A stretch of 64,000 nucleotides of DNA, from assembly GCA_016930775.1 (NCBI GenBank), contig JAFGGB010000019.1, positions 3,787-67,786 on the forward strand, read 5' to 3'. The stretch is from Deltaproteobacteria bacterium (GTDB lineage Bacteria > Desulfobacterota > Syntrophia > Syntrophales > UBA2210). Shown here piece by piece: positions 38,087 through 47,522 of this stretch; position 1 is the first letter of the stretch, and each line of letters opens with the position of its first letter. Made by a program: the position numbers and the translations under genes. The notes under the pieces are model-generated. The model ran no database searches, was not told the origin of the DNA, and worked only from the letters and a program-made list of their open reading frames with translations.

Positions 38087-39193
38087 ATGATGATTATTAA
38101 TTTAAGAAAAATTTTCGTATTGATTGTCGCGACGCTCTGCGTAGGGGCCTTGTTTCTTTTGCCTTCTGCAGGAGCTGCTACATATGACGCCACAGGGTTT
38201 TGGAGTTTCACCATTACGGGTGCATGGAGCAGCCCGGCCGACGCGGACATGCTTGAAAACGTTTCAGGTTGGCTGCAGATTAACCAGACAGGCGATTCTT
38301 TTACAGGCGCCATTAACGGTGATTTAGAGATCTCCGGCGTCATTGACGGCAGTGATTATACCTGCAGCGGCACGATTGAGGAAGATGGCGAGACGATTAC
38401 CGTGAATATTTCTTTGACGCTTTCGTCGCCCGGGACGAGCGGTTCCGGCACAGTAACGGTTAGTTCCACCGATGGGGGGCGCGGCGGTGGGAATATTGCG
38501 ATTGCCAAGTTCACCGATCCCGTCGGGCTTTACCGGGTCTATATTTCCCACATAACGCGTGATACAAGCCAGGCTGCGCAGTATCCGGAATGGGTCGACA
38601 TTCTTCAGGTTGATAATACGAGCAACGCCGCTACGGTCTTTACGATAATTTTATATAACGATGCCGGGGTGAAGGTTTTCGAGCAAACCTATCCCATTGA
38701 TCAACTGGGATATGACGCGATTGACATAAAGACGCTTAATGCTTCGGCTGAAACGGGAGAAATTCTTTATGACAGCCCAAGCCTCAATTTCAGGCTTTTT
38801 TATGAATACGAAGATGGCGGCGTTGCCGAGTTCAACCTAATGGAGTCAAAGGCTTCTACGGTGGCTTTTTATTTTGCCAATGCAGCGGCATGGGTCCAGT
38901 ACAAAGGGCTTGCCTTGATGAATGCAGGGGCGATGTCCACGACGGTTACTTTGTACGCGATCGGAGAGGGTGAAATCCGTTCAACTTCGCTGCCAATAAC
39001 AATACCGGCGAAAACACGTATATTTGGGTTGCATAGCGAATATTTTCCCTATGAACCCGTCAATCAGATCAACAAAATTATAGCCGTTTCGTCCAATGGC
39101 CAGCATCTTGCGGGGATAACCAAGTCGACAAAGTTTCCTATTACTAATATATTATTCACGTCGGCTCTGCCGGCGCAGTTCACGGCGCCCTAG
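38087..39193 (+). CDS. Secreted hypothetical protein
   Basis: 368 aa. AAGGAGG RBS and a clear signal peptide (..LLPSAGA|ATYD). The composition is Thr/Ser/Gly-rich and looks beta-rich. I recognise no family. Confidence 0.65.
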   Translation: MMIINLRKIFVLIVATLCVGALFLLPSAGAATYDATGFWSFTITGAWSSPADADMLENVSGWLQINQTGDSFTGAINGDLEISGVIDGSDYTCSGTIEEDGETITVNISLTLSSPGTSGSGTVTVSSTDGGRGGGNIAIAKFTDPVGLYRVYISHITRDTSQAAQYPEWVDILQVDNTSNAATVFTIILYNDAGVKVFEQTYPIDQLGYDAIDIKTLNASAETGEILYDSPSLNFRLFYEYEDGGVAEFNLMESKASTVAFYFANAAAWVQYKGLALMNAGAMSTTVTLYAIGEGEIRSTSLPITIPAKTRIFGLHSEYFPYEPVNQINKIIAVSSNGQHLAGITKSTKFPITNILFTSALPAQFTAP

Positions 39194-39596
39194 CGCCGAT
39201 TGCATTCTGCTGGGATGTAATTATCAAGAAGGGGAGATGATCGTTGGGGAGTGTGGCAAAAGTCTTTAATTGTTAAGAGTTGGGTTGGGTTGAACGATTC
39301 GGATAGAGTGTTGTTTTATTTCTCTCGGCGCCTTGTTGATGTGGGATTACTGAAGACAAGGAGGCCGTTGTTGAGGCCCTCTGCCCCGGCCTGCTTCTTA
39401 AAGACTAACAAGTTATCGTTAAAGACGATATCGAGATTGGCGGCTGTCTATCATAGCCCGTCAAAGTTTATGTCATTGAACTTCAGATGGTTGACGTAGC
39501 ATTTCACGAAAGCTTCTGCTAACCTTTTTTTTTAAATGATTGGCTTTCTGCCAGCCTAATAATTGTCAGAAAAGATCGATCTTCAGGAGCTATGAT

Positions 39597-40022
39597 ATGA
39601 TAACAAAAGTGTCGTTGATCAAGGAACTGACGCTCCGACTGGAACACAAAGTCGGCATTCTTGAAAAAGTATCGGCTCTTTTGGCGGAGAGAGGCATTAA
39701 CATCGAGGCTTGTGCGGGTTACGGGATGCCCGGCGGCGCTACGGCCGAAATAAGGATTGTTGTCGACGACACCCGCCGAGCCTTCGATGCACTGGCTGCC
39801 TCCAGCCTCGGCAGTATCGTTGAAAAAGATGTTATAGCGGTAGAGGTGGAGAACAAACCAGGCGCGCTGAGGATCCTTTCAAAGGCTGTCGCGGACAAAT
39901 TAATCAATATCAATTATCTCTACGTCACAGCAAATGCTGGAACCGCGCCGGTCCGGATCGTTTTTTCTACGGACGACAATGAGCGGGCTTTTGTGGCTCT
40001 CAAGAAGACTATGGGATTTTGA
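39597..40022 (+). CDS. Tandem ACT-domain protein
   Basis: Start at ATG 39597 (AGGAG RBS). Two ACT-like units (LEHKVGILEKVSALLAERGINIEA... and VENKPGALRILSKAVADKLININYL...). Confidence 0.78.
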   Translation: MITKVSLIKELTLRLEHKVGILEKVSALLAERGINIEACAGYGMPGGATAEIRIVVDDTRRAFDALAASSLGSIVEKDVIAVEVENKPGALRILSKAVADKLININYLYVTANAGTAPVRIVFSTDDNERAFVALKKTMGF

Positions 40023-40033
40023 TTCCCTGTTGA

Positions 40034-41353
40034 TCAAAAGTGCTTCGCGAGCATTCCCCTGGCCGCCAGGATGCCTGTGACGGCGGCGCCGACGATTCCG
40101 CGGCTTTTCCCGGCGCCGTCGCCGGCGACGAATATGTGTCCTATGTTTGTTTCGAGCTGTTCATCCGTAGGGTAATTCGTGTCGAAAAATTTAATCTCCG
40201 GTGCGTACAAGAGTGTCGAAGGATGGAGGATGCCCGGGACGATTTTGTCAAGGGTTTTTAACGATTCCCATAGGTTGTCAACGATACGGGCGGGCATTCC
40301 CAGGGTGATGTCTCCCGGCACGGCCGTACAGCTCGGCTCGCAGACGTGGAAATGATGCCGTTCACTCAGGAAGGTTTCCTTCCGGCTCCGTTTGCCTTCC
40401 CGGAAATCTCCGACCCGCTGGACGATAGGGGCGCCGTCGCCGAGAAGGTGAAACTGCTTGGCGATCATCTGACCGAACATCGTTGTATCGGAAAAAGGTT
40501 CGGTAAGTCGAATGGTGTTCAGCAGGGCAAAGTTGGTGTTGCTTGTTTTCTGTCCCGCCAGGGCGTCGCCGTTCATGATTTTGAATTCACCGTAATGTTC
40601 GAACCGCACCCTGCCTCCCGGGTTCGTGCAAAAGGTGCGAACCCGGTCGCGATGACGGTTCGTTCGTATGAGAAACTTCGGGTCGTATACGGTGTCCGTA
40701 AGGGTGTCGAAGAATTTTCTGTTAAGCTCGACTCGGATTCCCACATCTATGGGGCCGAAGGCCGTGTCAATGTCGATGCGGCGAGCCTCGCTTCTGAACC
40801 AGTATGCTCCTTTTCGTCCCGGCGCTGCGAGAAGAACCGAGCATTCCAAGGGGCAGGAATCCTTTTCCCGGCCGCATTCCAGGATGATGCTGTCCGGTCC
40901 TATCTGAATTGAATGAACCTCACGACCCAGAAGGAATGCCGTCGATTTGAGTCTGTTTCTCAGATGGTCGACAACCCTCCTGCCGTTATCGGTTCCCCAG
41001 TGCCACTGCTCGGGGGCGATGAAGTCCACGTTTCTCTCCCAGGCGATGCGCTCCCATGCCAGGATCATGTCCGTTCCGGGGAACGTAACCTGCCTGCAGC
41101 CAGGAACGGCCGTAAGAATTTCTTTAACCTCGCCGATAAGAGCATCGGCTCGTGTGTCATCGAGACCGAGTTCGGCAGTATCGATTCCGATTCGACGGTG
41201 AAAATTAAGTTTACCGTCGTTGAGCAGCCCGCCTGCGGGATACGTCTCACGATCAATAATGCCGATCCTTTTGAGCCCTCTTCTTTCAAGTTCCATGGCG
41301 GCAAAAAGACCGGCTGGGCCGGAGCCGATAATGAGGACGTCGTATTTTTCCAT
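40034..41353 (-). CDS. FAD-dependent oxidoreductase (COG2509-like uncharacterised dehydrogenase)
   Basis: MEKYDVLIIGSGPAGLFAAMELERRG (GxGxxG) and a C-terminal FVAGDGAGKSRGIVGAAVTG. The ORF extends to 41389 but the upstream Mets have no RBS. Confidence 0.83.
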   Translation of the reverse strand: MEKYDVLIIGSGPAGLFAAMELERRGLKRIGIIDRETYPAGGLLNDGKLNFHRRIGIDTAELGLDDTRADALIGEVKEILTAVPGCRQVTFPGTDMILAWERIAWERNVDFIAPEQWHWGTDNGRRVVDHLRNRLKSTAFLLGREVHSIQIGPDSIILECGREKDSCPLECSVLLAAPGRKGAYWFRSEARRIDIDTAFGPIDVGIRVELNRKFFDTLTDTVYDPKFLIRTNRHRDRVRTFCTNPGGRVRFEHYGEFKIMNGDALAGQKTSNTNFALLNTIRLTEPFSDTTMFGQMIAKQFHLLGDGAPIVQRVGDFREGKRSRKETFLSERHHFHVCEPSCTAVPGDITLGMPARIVDNLWESLKTLDKIVPGILHPSTLLYAPEIKFFDTNYPTDEQLETNIGHIFVAGDGAGKSRGIVGAAVTGILAARGMLAKHF

Positions 41354-42052
41354 GGGTTTTTTCCAACCGGTCATAGCGTTTTTTATCATATGGTGTTTTG
41401 CTCAGAGAAGGATTGCTGAAGATCCTTTCTATTCTATGCTGCTGGATCTCTCAGGAGTCACCTTTCCTTCCGTCCTTTTTCCCTGCGGTAATCTTTAAGA
41501 AGACAATCCGTGTCTTCCTCGTTTATTGCCTTCCCGGTCTCCGGGAGGGGTTGCCGGCGAAAGCGGAGGAGGATTCTGTCGTCAGCCTCCGCCTAGCGGC
41601 TTCTCCACTTGATGCTCTTGTTCCCCTACGGGACAACAGTGAGATCCTGCTCGATCGGACTACTATCAATTGTCCGCGAAACACATGGATGGTTTCGACA
41701 GGACATTGCGCATTATCATTGGAATGCAAAACCATTTGATTCTGCGCCTCGGTAAAAGCGCAAGCAGCGTCCGGCGACCGTCAAATAACTGGGAAATCTT
41801 GCTTACAAAACAAATGAACGAACCGCCGGCACTGCCAAGTTTCGTTTTTTACAGTACGAACTTTTTTCTCACATGTCAGGGCGTAATTCAATGATTCATT
41901 TGCCGAAGGACGCCTTTGGGGCATATCGATCTTGCCTCGTTCAATTGGAAAAGAATTGTTATTCAACGCCTGGCCGCCACAGAAGCGCCGAGAGCCGCGT
42001 TGATTGGCTCTGCTCTTATTTCCCGTGAGACGCTCTTTCTGCAGGAGTTTTT

Positions 42053-42820
42053 CTAGTGCGCCATTTGGCAGCAGGCGCGGTCAGTGTCTTCCATCATTTT
42101 TCCCTGCCGGCTGATGGTCACTTTCCGGAGAGGGATCTTTTTGCCTGACTGTTCAAGTGCCCGTTCTACGATTTTCGGCAGGCCTTGGCAGCAGGGAACC
42201 TCCATGACGACGACAGTGATGGAGCGGACGGAAGCCTGTTCGAATATGGAGGTCAGTGCGTTCACGCAGGTCTGCACATCGTCGAACTTGGGACATCCCA
42301 CGAGGACTGCTGTTCCCTTGAGGAAATCCTCATGAAAGGACCCGTAAGCGAAGGGCACGCAATCGGCCGTCACGAGAAGATCGGCGTTTCGGAGGAAGGG
42401 AGCGGTCGGCGGAACGAGCCGTATCTGGACAGGCCAGTGTGAAAGGGCTGATGGGCTTTCTGCGGGCAGTTTTTTGCCGCCCGTATTTTGCGGATAATCC
42501 GGCCTGTCAAAGATTTCGATCATTGACGAGGGGCATCCGCACGGCATAGCCGATGTTTCAACCATTCCGTTCCCAAGGTGGGCGGCAGCACGGTGCGCCG
42601 ACTTTTCGTCGAAAGCCTCAGCCTCCCTTTCGATCATGGAAATCGCTCCGCGGGGACAATCTCCAAGGCAGGCCCCCAGACCGTCGCAGAATGTATCGTT
42701 CACAAGCCTTGCCTTGCCATTTACGATGCGAAGGGCCCCTTCGGCGCAGGCGGGAACGCAGTGGCCGCAGCCATCGCATTTCTCTTCATCTATGGTTATG
42801 ATTTTTCTCGCGACCTTCAT
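42053..42820 (-). CDS. Ferredoxin-like 2x[4Fe-4S] protein with uncharacterised Cys-containing C-terminal domain
   Basis: 255 aa. CDGCGHCVPAC and CDGLGACLGDCP cluster motifs. The C-terminal ~170 aa contains further Cys (CGCP, CVPF, GCPKF, PCCQG). AAAGGA RBS. Confidence 0.83.
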   Translation of the reverse strand: MKVARKIITIDEEKCDGCGHCVPACAEGALRIVNGKARLVNDTFCDGLGACLGDCPRGAISMIEREAEAFDEKSAHRAAAHLGNGMVETSAMPCGCPSSMIEIFDRPDYPQNTGGKKLPAESPSALSHWPVQIRLVPPTAPFLRNADLLVTADCVPFAYGSFHEDFLKGTAVLVGCPKFDDVQTCVNALTSIFEQASVRSITVVVMEVPCCQGLPKIVERALEQSGKKIPLRKVTISRQGKMMEDTDRACCQMAH

Positions 42821-42880
42821 GTCAGATTTCCTTTCGTGATTTTATGGAACGCTATTATAATGCCTCACTGGGAAAGTGCA

Positions 42881-42894
42881 TTGATCTGGGTCAA
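42881..42894. promoter_or_regulatory. FNR/CRP-type binding site in the divergent ferredoxin / Crp-Fnr intergenic region
   Basis: TTGAT-CTGG-GTCAA (9/10 to TTGAT-N4-ATCAA). On the minus strand a perfect TATAAT lies at 42859-42854. This puts the site centre ~41 bp upstream of the inferred TSS, which is class II geometry. Confidence 0.6.
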
Positions 42895-42926
42895 GAAAAC
42901 CGTTGCCGAAGAAGGAAGGAACGTCC

Positions 42927-43613
42927 ATGATGGCCATCGAAATACTCAGCAGGGTCCCGATTTTTTCCGGGCTTGATCCCGGAGAGTTGAAAAAGATCGA
43001 TCGGCTCGCCCTTCACCGGAGCTATCGCAGGGGACAGACTCTCTTCAGCGAGGGAGACGGGGCAAACGGTTTCTTCATTGTCCTTTCCGGTCGAGTGAAG
43101 GTCTTCAAGATCTCTCCGAACGGCAAGGAACAGATTCTTCATGTTTTCGGTCCTGGCGAACCTTTCGGCGAAGCCGCCCTGTTCGCTGAAAGGACATTTC
43201 CTGCGTCGGCCGTCGCCCAGTCGGCCTGCCGCGTTTTCTTTTTCCCCCGGAGTGATTTTTTGGATCTCATTCGAAATGAACCGGCTCTCGCCCTCGCCAT
43301 GATGGGAGTCATGGCCCGCCGTCTCATGCTTTTGACAAACCTGGTCGAGGGATTGTCGCTGAAAGATGTGCCCTCGAGGGTTGCCTCGTACTTTCTGGCA
43401 ATGGGGAATGCCTCGGGTTCCGACAGTCGTCTCAATCTTGATATTGCCAAGGGAGAACTGGCCAGCCTGCTGGGAACGGCGCCCGAGACGCTCTCGCGAA
43501 TTCTTGCCAGAATGATCGGCGAGAGCCTCATTGCCGTGGAGGGAAGCTGCATTACCATACTGGACAGGCACGGTTTGGAAGCTGTCGCCGGGGGAGAGCG
43601 AAAACTTTCATAG
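42927..43613 (+). CDS. Crp/Fnr-family transcriptional regulator
   Basis: Start at ATG 42927 (AGGAAGGA RBS). cNMP-binding-like barrel (FSEGDGANGFFIVLSGRVKVF...FGEAALF) and a C-terminal HTH (ELASLLGTAPETLSRILARM). No N-terminal Cys cluster, so it is not an Fnr-type O2 sensor. Confidence 0.92.
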   Translation: MMAIEILSRVPIFSGLDPGELKKIDRLALHRSYRRGQTLFSEGDGANGFFIVLSGRVKVFKISPNGKEQILHVFGPGEPFGEAALFAERTFPASAVAQSACRVFFFPRSDFLDLIRNEPALALAMMGVMARRLMLLTNLVEGLSLKDVPSRVASYFLAMGNASGSDSRLNLDIAKGELASLLGTAPETLSRILARMIGESLIAVEGSCITILDRHGLEAVAGGERKLS

Positions 43614-43663
43614 AAAGGGCCGACATTTCGGAAAGAAGCAATGTGCCCGTGAGTATTAGAAAA

Positions 43664-43679
43664 TGGTCTGTCTTTTGCA
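43664..43679 (+). promoter_or_regulatory. Sigma-54-like promoter upstream of the SPFH gene
   Basis: TGGTCT-GTCTT-TTGCA. GG and GC are correctly spaced and the -12 element is perfect, but the -24 element is imperfect (T in place of C). It lies 73 nt upstream of the ATG at 43752. Confidence 0.4.
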
Positions 43680-43751
43680 TGGGGATGTCGCGACACACGC
43701 AGAGAGCCGTATCTACAGGAACTCAGCGCGACCTACGGGCGAGGTGAGGCA

Positions 43752-44873
43752 ATGGGAACGAATAACACTGTTTTTCTTGAAATATTGGAGTGGTTCGACG
43801 AGACGGGGCAGGAACTGGTCCATCGCCTTCCCGAGGAAGGTTCCGGCGAGATCAAATTCGGCGCCCAGCTTATCGTCAGAGGGAGCCAGGCAGCTGTCTT
43901 TTTTTACAAGGGCAAGTCTTACGAAGCCTTTGGTCCCGGGCGTCATACTCTAACTACGGCGAACATTCCCGTTTTGACGAAGATCCTTTCCGCACCCTGG
44001 GCTCTCACCAGTCCCCTGAGAGCTGAAGTCTACTTCGTGAATATGAAGGTCTTTACAAATTTAAAGTGGGGAACCCGAGACCCCGTTGCCTTTAAGGACG
44101 GAGAGTTAGGTCTCGTGCGTATCAGGGCGCATGGCGTGTTTAATATCCAGGTGGTGCAGCCGCTCCTGTTCATCAACACGCTTGTGGGAACCAGAGGATT
44201 TTACATTACGGGCGATATCGAGGAATACCTTAGGAGGGTTATCGTCTCGAGGTTCAACGATTATCTGGGAGAACACCTCGACAGCCTGGTCAATCTCCCC
44301 GGTCGGTATGATGAAATTTCCCGGGGACTCCAAGAGAGGCTCCATGACGATTTCGCTCATTATGGACTCCTGCTGGAGAATCTGTATATCGGTTCCGTTA
44401 CTCCTCCCCCCGATGTTCAACAGGCTATCGACGATAAGAGTCGTCTCGGCGTGCTCGGCGATCTGGATCGTTTTGTGAAAATGAAGGCGGCCATGGCTAT
44501 GGAGAAAGCTGCATCGTCGCAGAATAGCGAGGCGGGACAAGGCATAGGTCTGGGTTTCGGTTTCATGATGCCGGCGCTTTTCGCCGACGCGATCAAACGA
44601 GGGGAAGGGGAATCGGGGCCTGCAACCCCCCCCTGCCCGGACTGCGGCAAGACTGTTTCTCGGGATGCTCGATTCTGCCCTTTCTGCGGTCATCAGCAAC
44701 TCGTTTTCGACCAATGCTCGCAGTGCGGCAAGAATCTTCCTCCCCGCGCGCTCTTTTGCCCGAGGTGCGGTCATGCCACGGGCGAGAAACCGCCAGTGCC
44801 GGTCTGCCGACATTGCAAAAAGGACAACCTCGACGGTTCCGTTTTCTGCAACCATTGCGGCGAAAGATTGTGA
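43752..44873 (+). CDS. SPFH/band-7-like protein (YdjI / COG4260 type) with three C-terminal zinc ribbons
   Basis: The N-terminal ~290 aa (FLEILEWFDETGQELVHR...GAQLIVRGSQAAVFFYKGK...FVNMKVFTNLKWGT) matches the YdjI-type SPFH fold family. The C-terminus has CPDCG..CPFCG, CSQCG..CPRCG and CRHC..CNHCG. Confidence 0.86.
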   Translation: MGTNNTVFLEILEWFDETGQELVHRLPEEGSGEIKFGAQLIVRGSQAAVFFYKGKSYEAFGPGRHTLTTANIPVLTKILSAPWALTSPLRAEVYFVNMKVFTNLKWGTRDPVAFKDGELGLVRIRAHGVFNIQVVQPLLFINTLVGTRGFYITGDIEEYLRRVIVSRFNDYLGEHLDSLVNLPGRYDEISRGLQERLHDDFAHYGLLLENLYIGSVTPPPDVQQAIDDKSRLGVLGDLDRFVKMKAAMAMEKAASSQNSEAGQGIGLGFGFMMPALFADAIKRGEGESGPATPPCPDCGKTVSRDARFCPFCGHQQLVFDQCSQCGKNLPPRALFCPRCGHATGEKPPVPVCRHCKKDNLDGSVFCNHCGERL

Positions 44874-46097
44874 TTGATGTTCTGGGATGTCCGTTACGAA
44901 TGCCCTCAGTGCGGCGCCCCGCAGGATCTCGACGAAGCGACGCGTCTTGTCCTTTGTCATTACTGCGGTGTAAGGAGTTTTCTCTCGGCCTCCGATCTCT
45001 TTCGTTTCGCTCTGCCTCATAAAGGCGCGGTTGATGCACCCTATTACGTTCCTTATCTGCGTTTCAAGGGGTTCGTTTTCAGATGTGAAGGCCTGTCGAT
45101 ACACCATGGACTTGTGGATATCACTCGTCGCGCCGTCGATGTTCCCGTCCTTCCCGTCAGCCTCGGCTACCGTCCCCAGACGCTGGTTTTGAGGCATCTC
45201 AATGTCGGCGCGAAGGGCATAATCTTTGACAATACTCTCCATCGCGAGGATGCTTCTTCGCTGGCGGCCCGCTATACCGATAATGCCGATAAGGGGGAAG
45301 TCTTTCATCGCTCCTTCATCGGGGAATCGACGAGTCTTATTTATCTGCCGCTGTTGCGCCATGAAAGCCAATGGCTTGAAGGCGTTACGATGACTCCCCT
45401 GGAAAGTCTCGACGACGAAAGCATAGCCGGTCTCAGTCAATCGGGACCCCTGTCGCCGCTGATTTTTCTGTCGACTCTCTGCCCCTGCTGCGGCTGGAAC
45501 CTCCAGGGAGAGAAAACAAGCATCGTGCTCTTTTGTCCAAACTGTCAATCAGCCTGGGAAGCCGTTGGGGGGGGCTGGGAAAAAGTCCCGGCCGTATCGG
45601 TCGTTCACGCCGCACAAGAGGATCTCTTTCTTCCCTTCTGGAGGATAACCGCCGAAAGCAGTGACGGCCTTATCACATCACAGGCCGACCTCATCAGGAT
45701 AACGGGGCAACCGGCTCTTTACCCCGCAGAACGGGAGGGCCGACCGCTCTCGTTCATCGTTCCCGCTTTCAAGATGCGGCCGGATCTTTTCCTGAGGTTA
45801 TCGCGCGATTTTACACTAATGAAGAAGCCTTTTGATTTGTGCGAGGGGGCGCCGCGAAACGTCTTTAGTCCTGTTACGCTGAACGCCTCCGATGCCTTGG
45901 AAAGCCTGCCCGCCGTTTGCGCCACGGCCTCCGCCGTCAGGCATCTGACCTTTCCCATTCTCAAGGGACTCCGTTTCATCTGCAAGGAGCAGGCTCTCCT
46001 GTTTCTCCCCTTCAGCGAAACGGTAAACGAATTGATTCAAAGGGATGCGAGTATAGCAATTCTTCGGCAGGCAGTCCTCATGGGGAAAGCGCTCTGA
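44874..46097 (+). CDS. Soluble protein with two zinc-ribbon modules (internal duplication), function unknown
   Basis: 407 aa. It starts at TTG 44874 or ATG 44877, directly abutting the SPFH stop. CPQCG..CHYCG at the N-terminus and CPCCG..CPNCQ at ~aa 205. Each ribbon is followed by an aromatic motif (YVPYLRF / LPFWRI). No TM segment. Confidence 0.65.
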   Translation: MMFWDVRYECPQCGAPQDLDEATRLVLCHYCGVRSFLSASDLFRFALPHKGAVDAPYYVPYLRFKGFVFRCEGLSIHHGLVDITRRAVDVPVLPVSLGYRPQTLVLRHLNVGAKGIIFDNTLHREDASSLAARYTDNADKGEVFHRSFIGESTSLIYLPLLRHESQWLEGVTMTPLESLDDESIAGLSQSGPLSPLIFLSTLCPCCGWNLQGEKTSIVLFCPNCQSAWEAVGGGWEKVPAVSVVHAAQEDLFLPFWRITAESSDGLITSQADLIRITGQPALYPAEREGRPLSFIVPAFKMRPDLFLRLSRDFTLMKKPFDLCEGAPRNVFSPVTLNASDALESLPAVCATASAVRHLTFPILKGLRFICKEQALLFLPFSETVNELIQRDASIAILRQAVLMGKAL

Positions 46098-46169
46098 GGC
46101 ATTTATTAGCGGGGATTCCCTCGCGCGGTTGTTCCTCGTCGGAAGTCCTGCCGGAAAAAGACAGGGCGA

Positions 46170-47522
46170 TCAGGTCAAATAAGTTCCGGACCCGAACCAG
46201 CACTGGTCGTCCAGGCGCACTGTATATCCCAGCTTCTTGTCCATCTTTTTTGTCACGGGGTTCTGAAAGTCATAAACGACCCAATCGCCTCCGCGTACCG
46301 CCGCGCCCTGCAGTTGCTTGATGTGATCGAGATGGCCGAGATTCTTTCCCGCAAGTTGCGGTTTTGCCCCGTGGGCAAGACATTTCCCCGTAAAGTCATA
46401 GGCATATATGTAGAGTTCCCCTTGGATGAAAGGGCCCTTTCTGTTCACGACCTCCTTGAGGAAGGCTTCTTTCCCATGCTTGCGGGCGAAGGAAAGGGCC
46501 TGCTCGATGAAAGCCACAACTTCTTCCTGGGAGGGATGTTCGATATCGATCAACTCTGAAACGACGGCTCTCATCTGCTCGGCCTGGGTGTTCATTGACT
46601 CCGATGATTCGGCGAGTTCCGAGGCGCTTGCCGCCATCTGTTGGGTTATTGCATCGATGTCCGTAATTGCTTTGCTTATCTGATCGACGCCCTGCGCCTG
46701 TTCCTGCGAGGCCTCATTGATCTCGTCGATGAGAGAGTTGATCTCGTTGATGCTTTCAGCGACCTTCGATATCGCCGCCGCGGTTTTCGTAACGAACTGA
46801 AGGCCGTTGTCAACCCGTTTGATGGTGTTCTCAATCAGTTCCGATGTCTCTCCCGCAGCCTTGGCCGAATTGATGGCCAATGTCCGCACCTCATCGGCGA
46901 CGACGGCGAATCCTGCGCCTGTCTCGCCGGCCCGGGCTGCCTCAACGGCGGCGTTGAGCGCAAGAAGATTGGTATTGAAAGCTATCTCATCGATTGTTTT
47001 AATAATCCTGGCGGTGTCGTTCCCCGCTTGTGAGATTTCATTCATGGATGCCGTCAAATCCTTCATTACGCCGGTTACTTCTTTGACCAGCTTGGACTCT
47101 TCGCGGGCGAGGACCGCAGCCTTGTCGGTATGGCCGGCGTTCAGCTTGATTGTGGTGCTGAGTTCTTCCAGGGCAGAGCTTGTTTCTTCCAGGGAGCCGG
47201 CGGAATTGGTTGCCCCGTTGGCTAAAGATTCGCTGGCCGCGAAAATATTGACCGCCGATGTCGCCACCTCTTCGGAATTGGCATTCAGCTTTTTTATCGC
47301 TTCAAAGACCGGTCCGAAGATCCGTTTTCCCAATACGAAAGAACTGATAAACGATAGACATGCGGCAATGCATCCGGAAACAACAAGAAGATATTTCATC
47401 GTTCCGACATTGAAACCTTCATTGCCGAGACGGGATGCTCCCCAATAGGCCACGGCTGACAGTCCGAGTATGATGGCGACTGAAACCGCCGTCAGCAGAT
47501 AATGATAACGGTAAATCTTCAT
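46170..47522 (-). CDS. Methyl-accepting chemotaxis protein with C-terminal single-Cache (sCache_2-like) domain
   Basis: 450 aa. Two TM helices separated by a ~14-aa loop. MA signalling domain ([37 protein letters not shown]). C-terminal ~120 aa: [47 protein letters not shown]...[17 protein letters not shown]...WFGSGTY. Confidence 0.9.
   Translation of the reverse strand: MKIYRYHYLLTAVSVAIILGLSAVAYWGASRLGNEGFNVGTMKYLLVVSGCIAACLSFISSFVLGKRIFGPVFEAIKKLNANSEEVATSAVNIFAASESLANGATNSAGSLEETSSALEELSTTIKLNAGHTDKAAVLAREESKLVKEVTGVMKDLTASMNEISQAGNDTARIIKTIDEIAFNTNLLALNAAVEAARAGETGAGFAVVADEVRTLAINSAKAAGETSELIENTIKRVDNGLQFVTKTAAAISKVAESINEINSLIDEINEASQEQAQGVDQISKAITDIDAITQQMAASASELAESSESMNTQAEQMRAVVSELIDIEHPSQEEVVAFIEQALSFARKHGKEAFLKEVVNRKGPFIQGELYIYAYDFTGKCLAHGAKPQLAGKNLGHLDHIKQLQGAAVRGGDWVVYDFQNPVTKKMDKKLGYTVRLDDQCWFGSGTYLT

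Noticed and set aside
41398-41966. Small ORFs (113, 74, 70 and 61 aa) in the long gap
   Set aside because: They lack RBSs, have non-protein-like composition and overlap each other. The region is treated as non-coding in the findings.
44106-45548. 480-aa ORF antisense to the SPFH and zinc-ribbon genes
   Set aside because: It spans two sense genes, has no RBS and has low-complexity Arg/Pro-rich composition.
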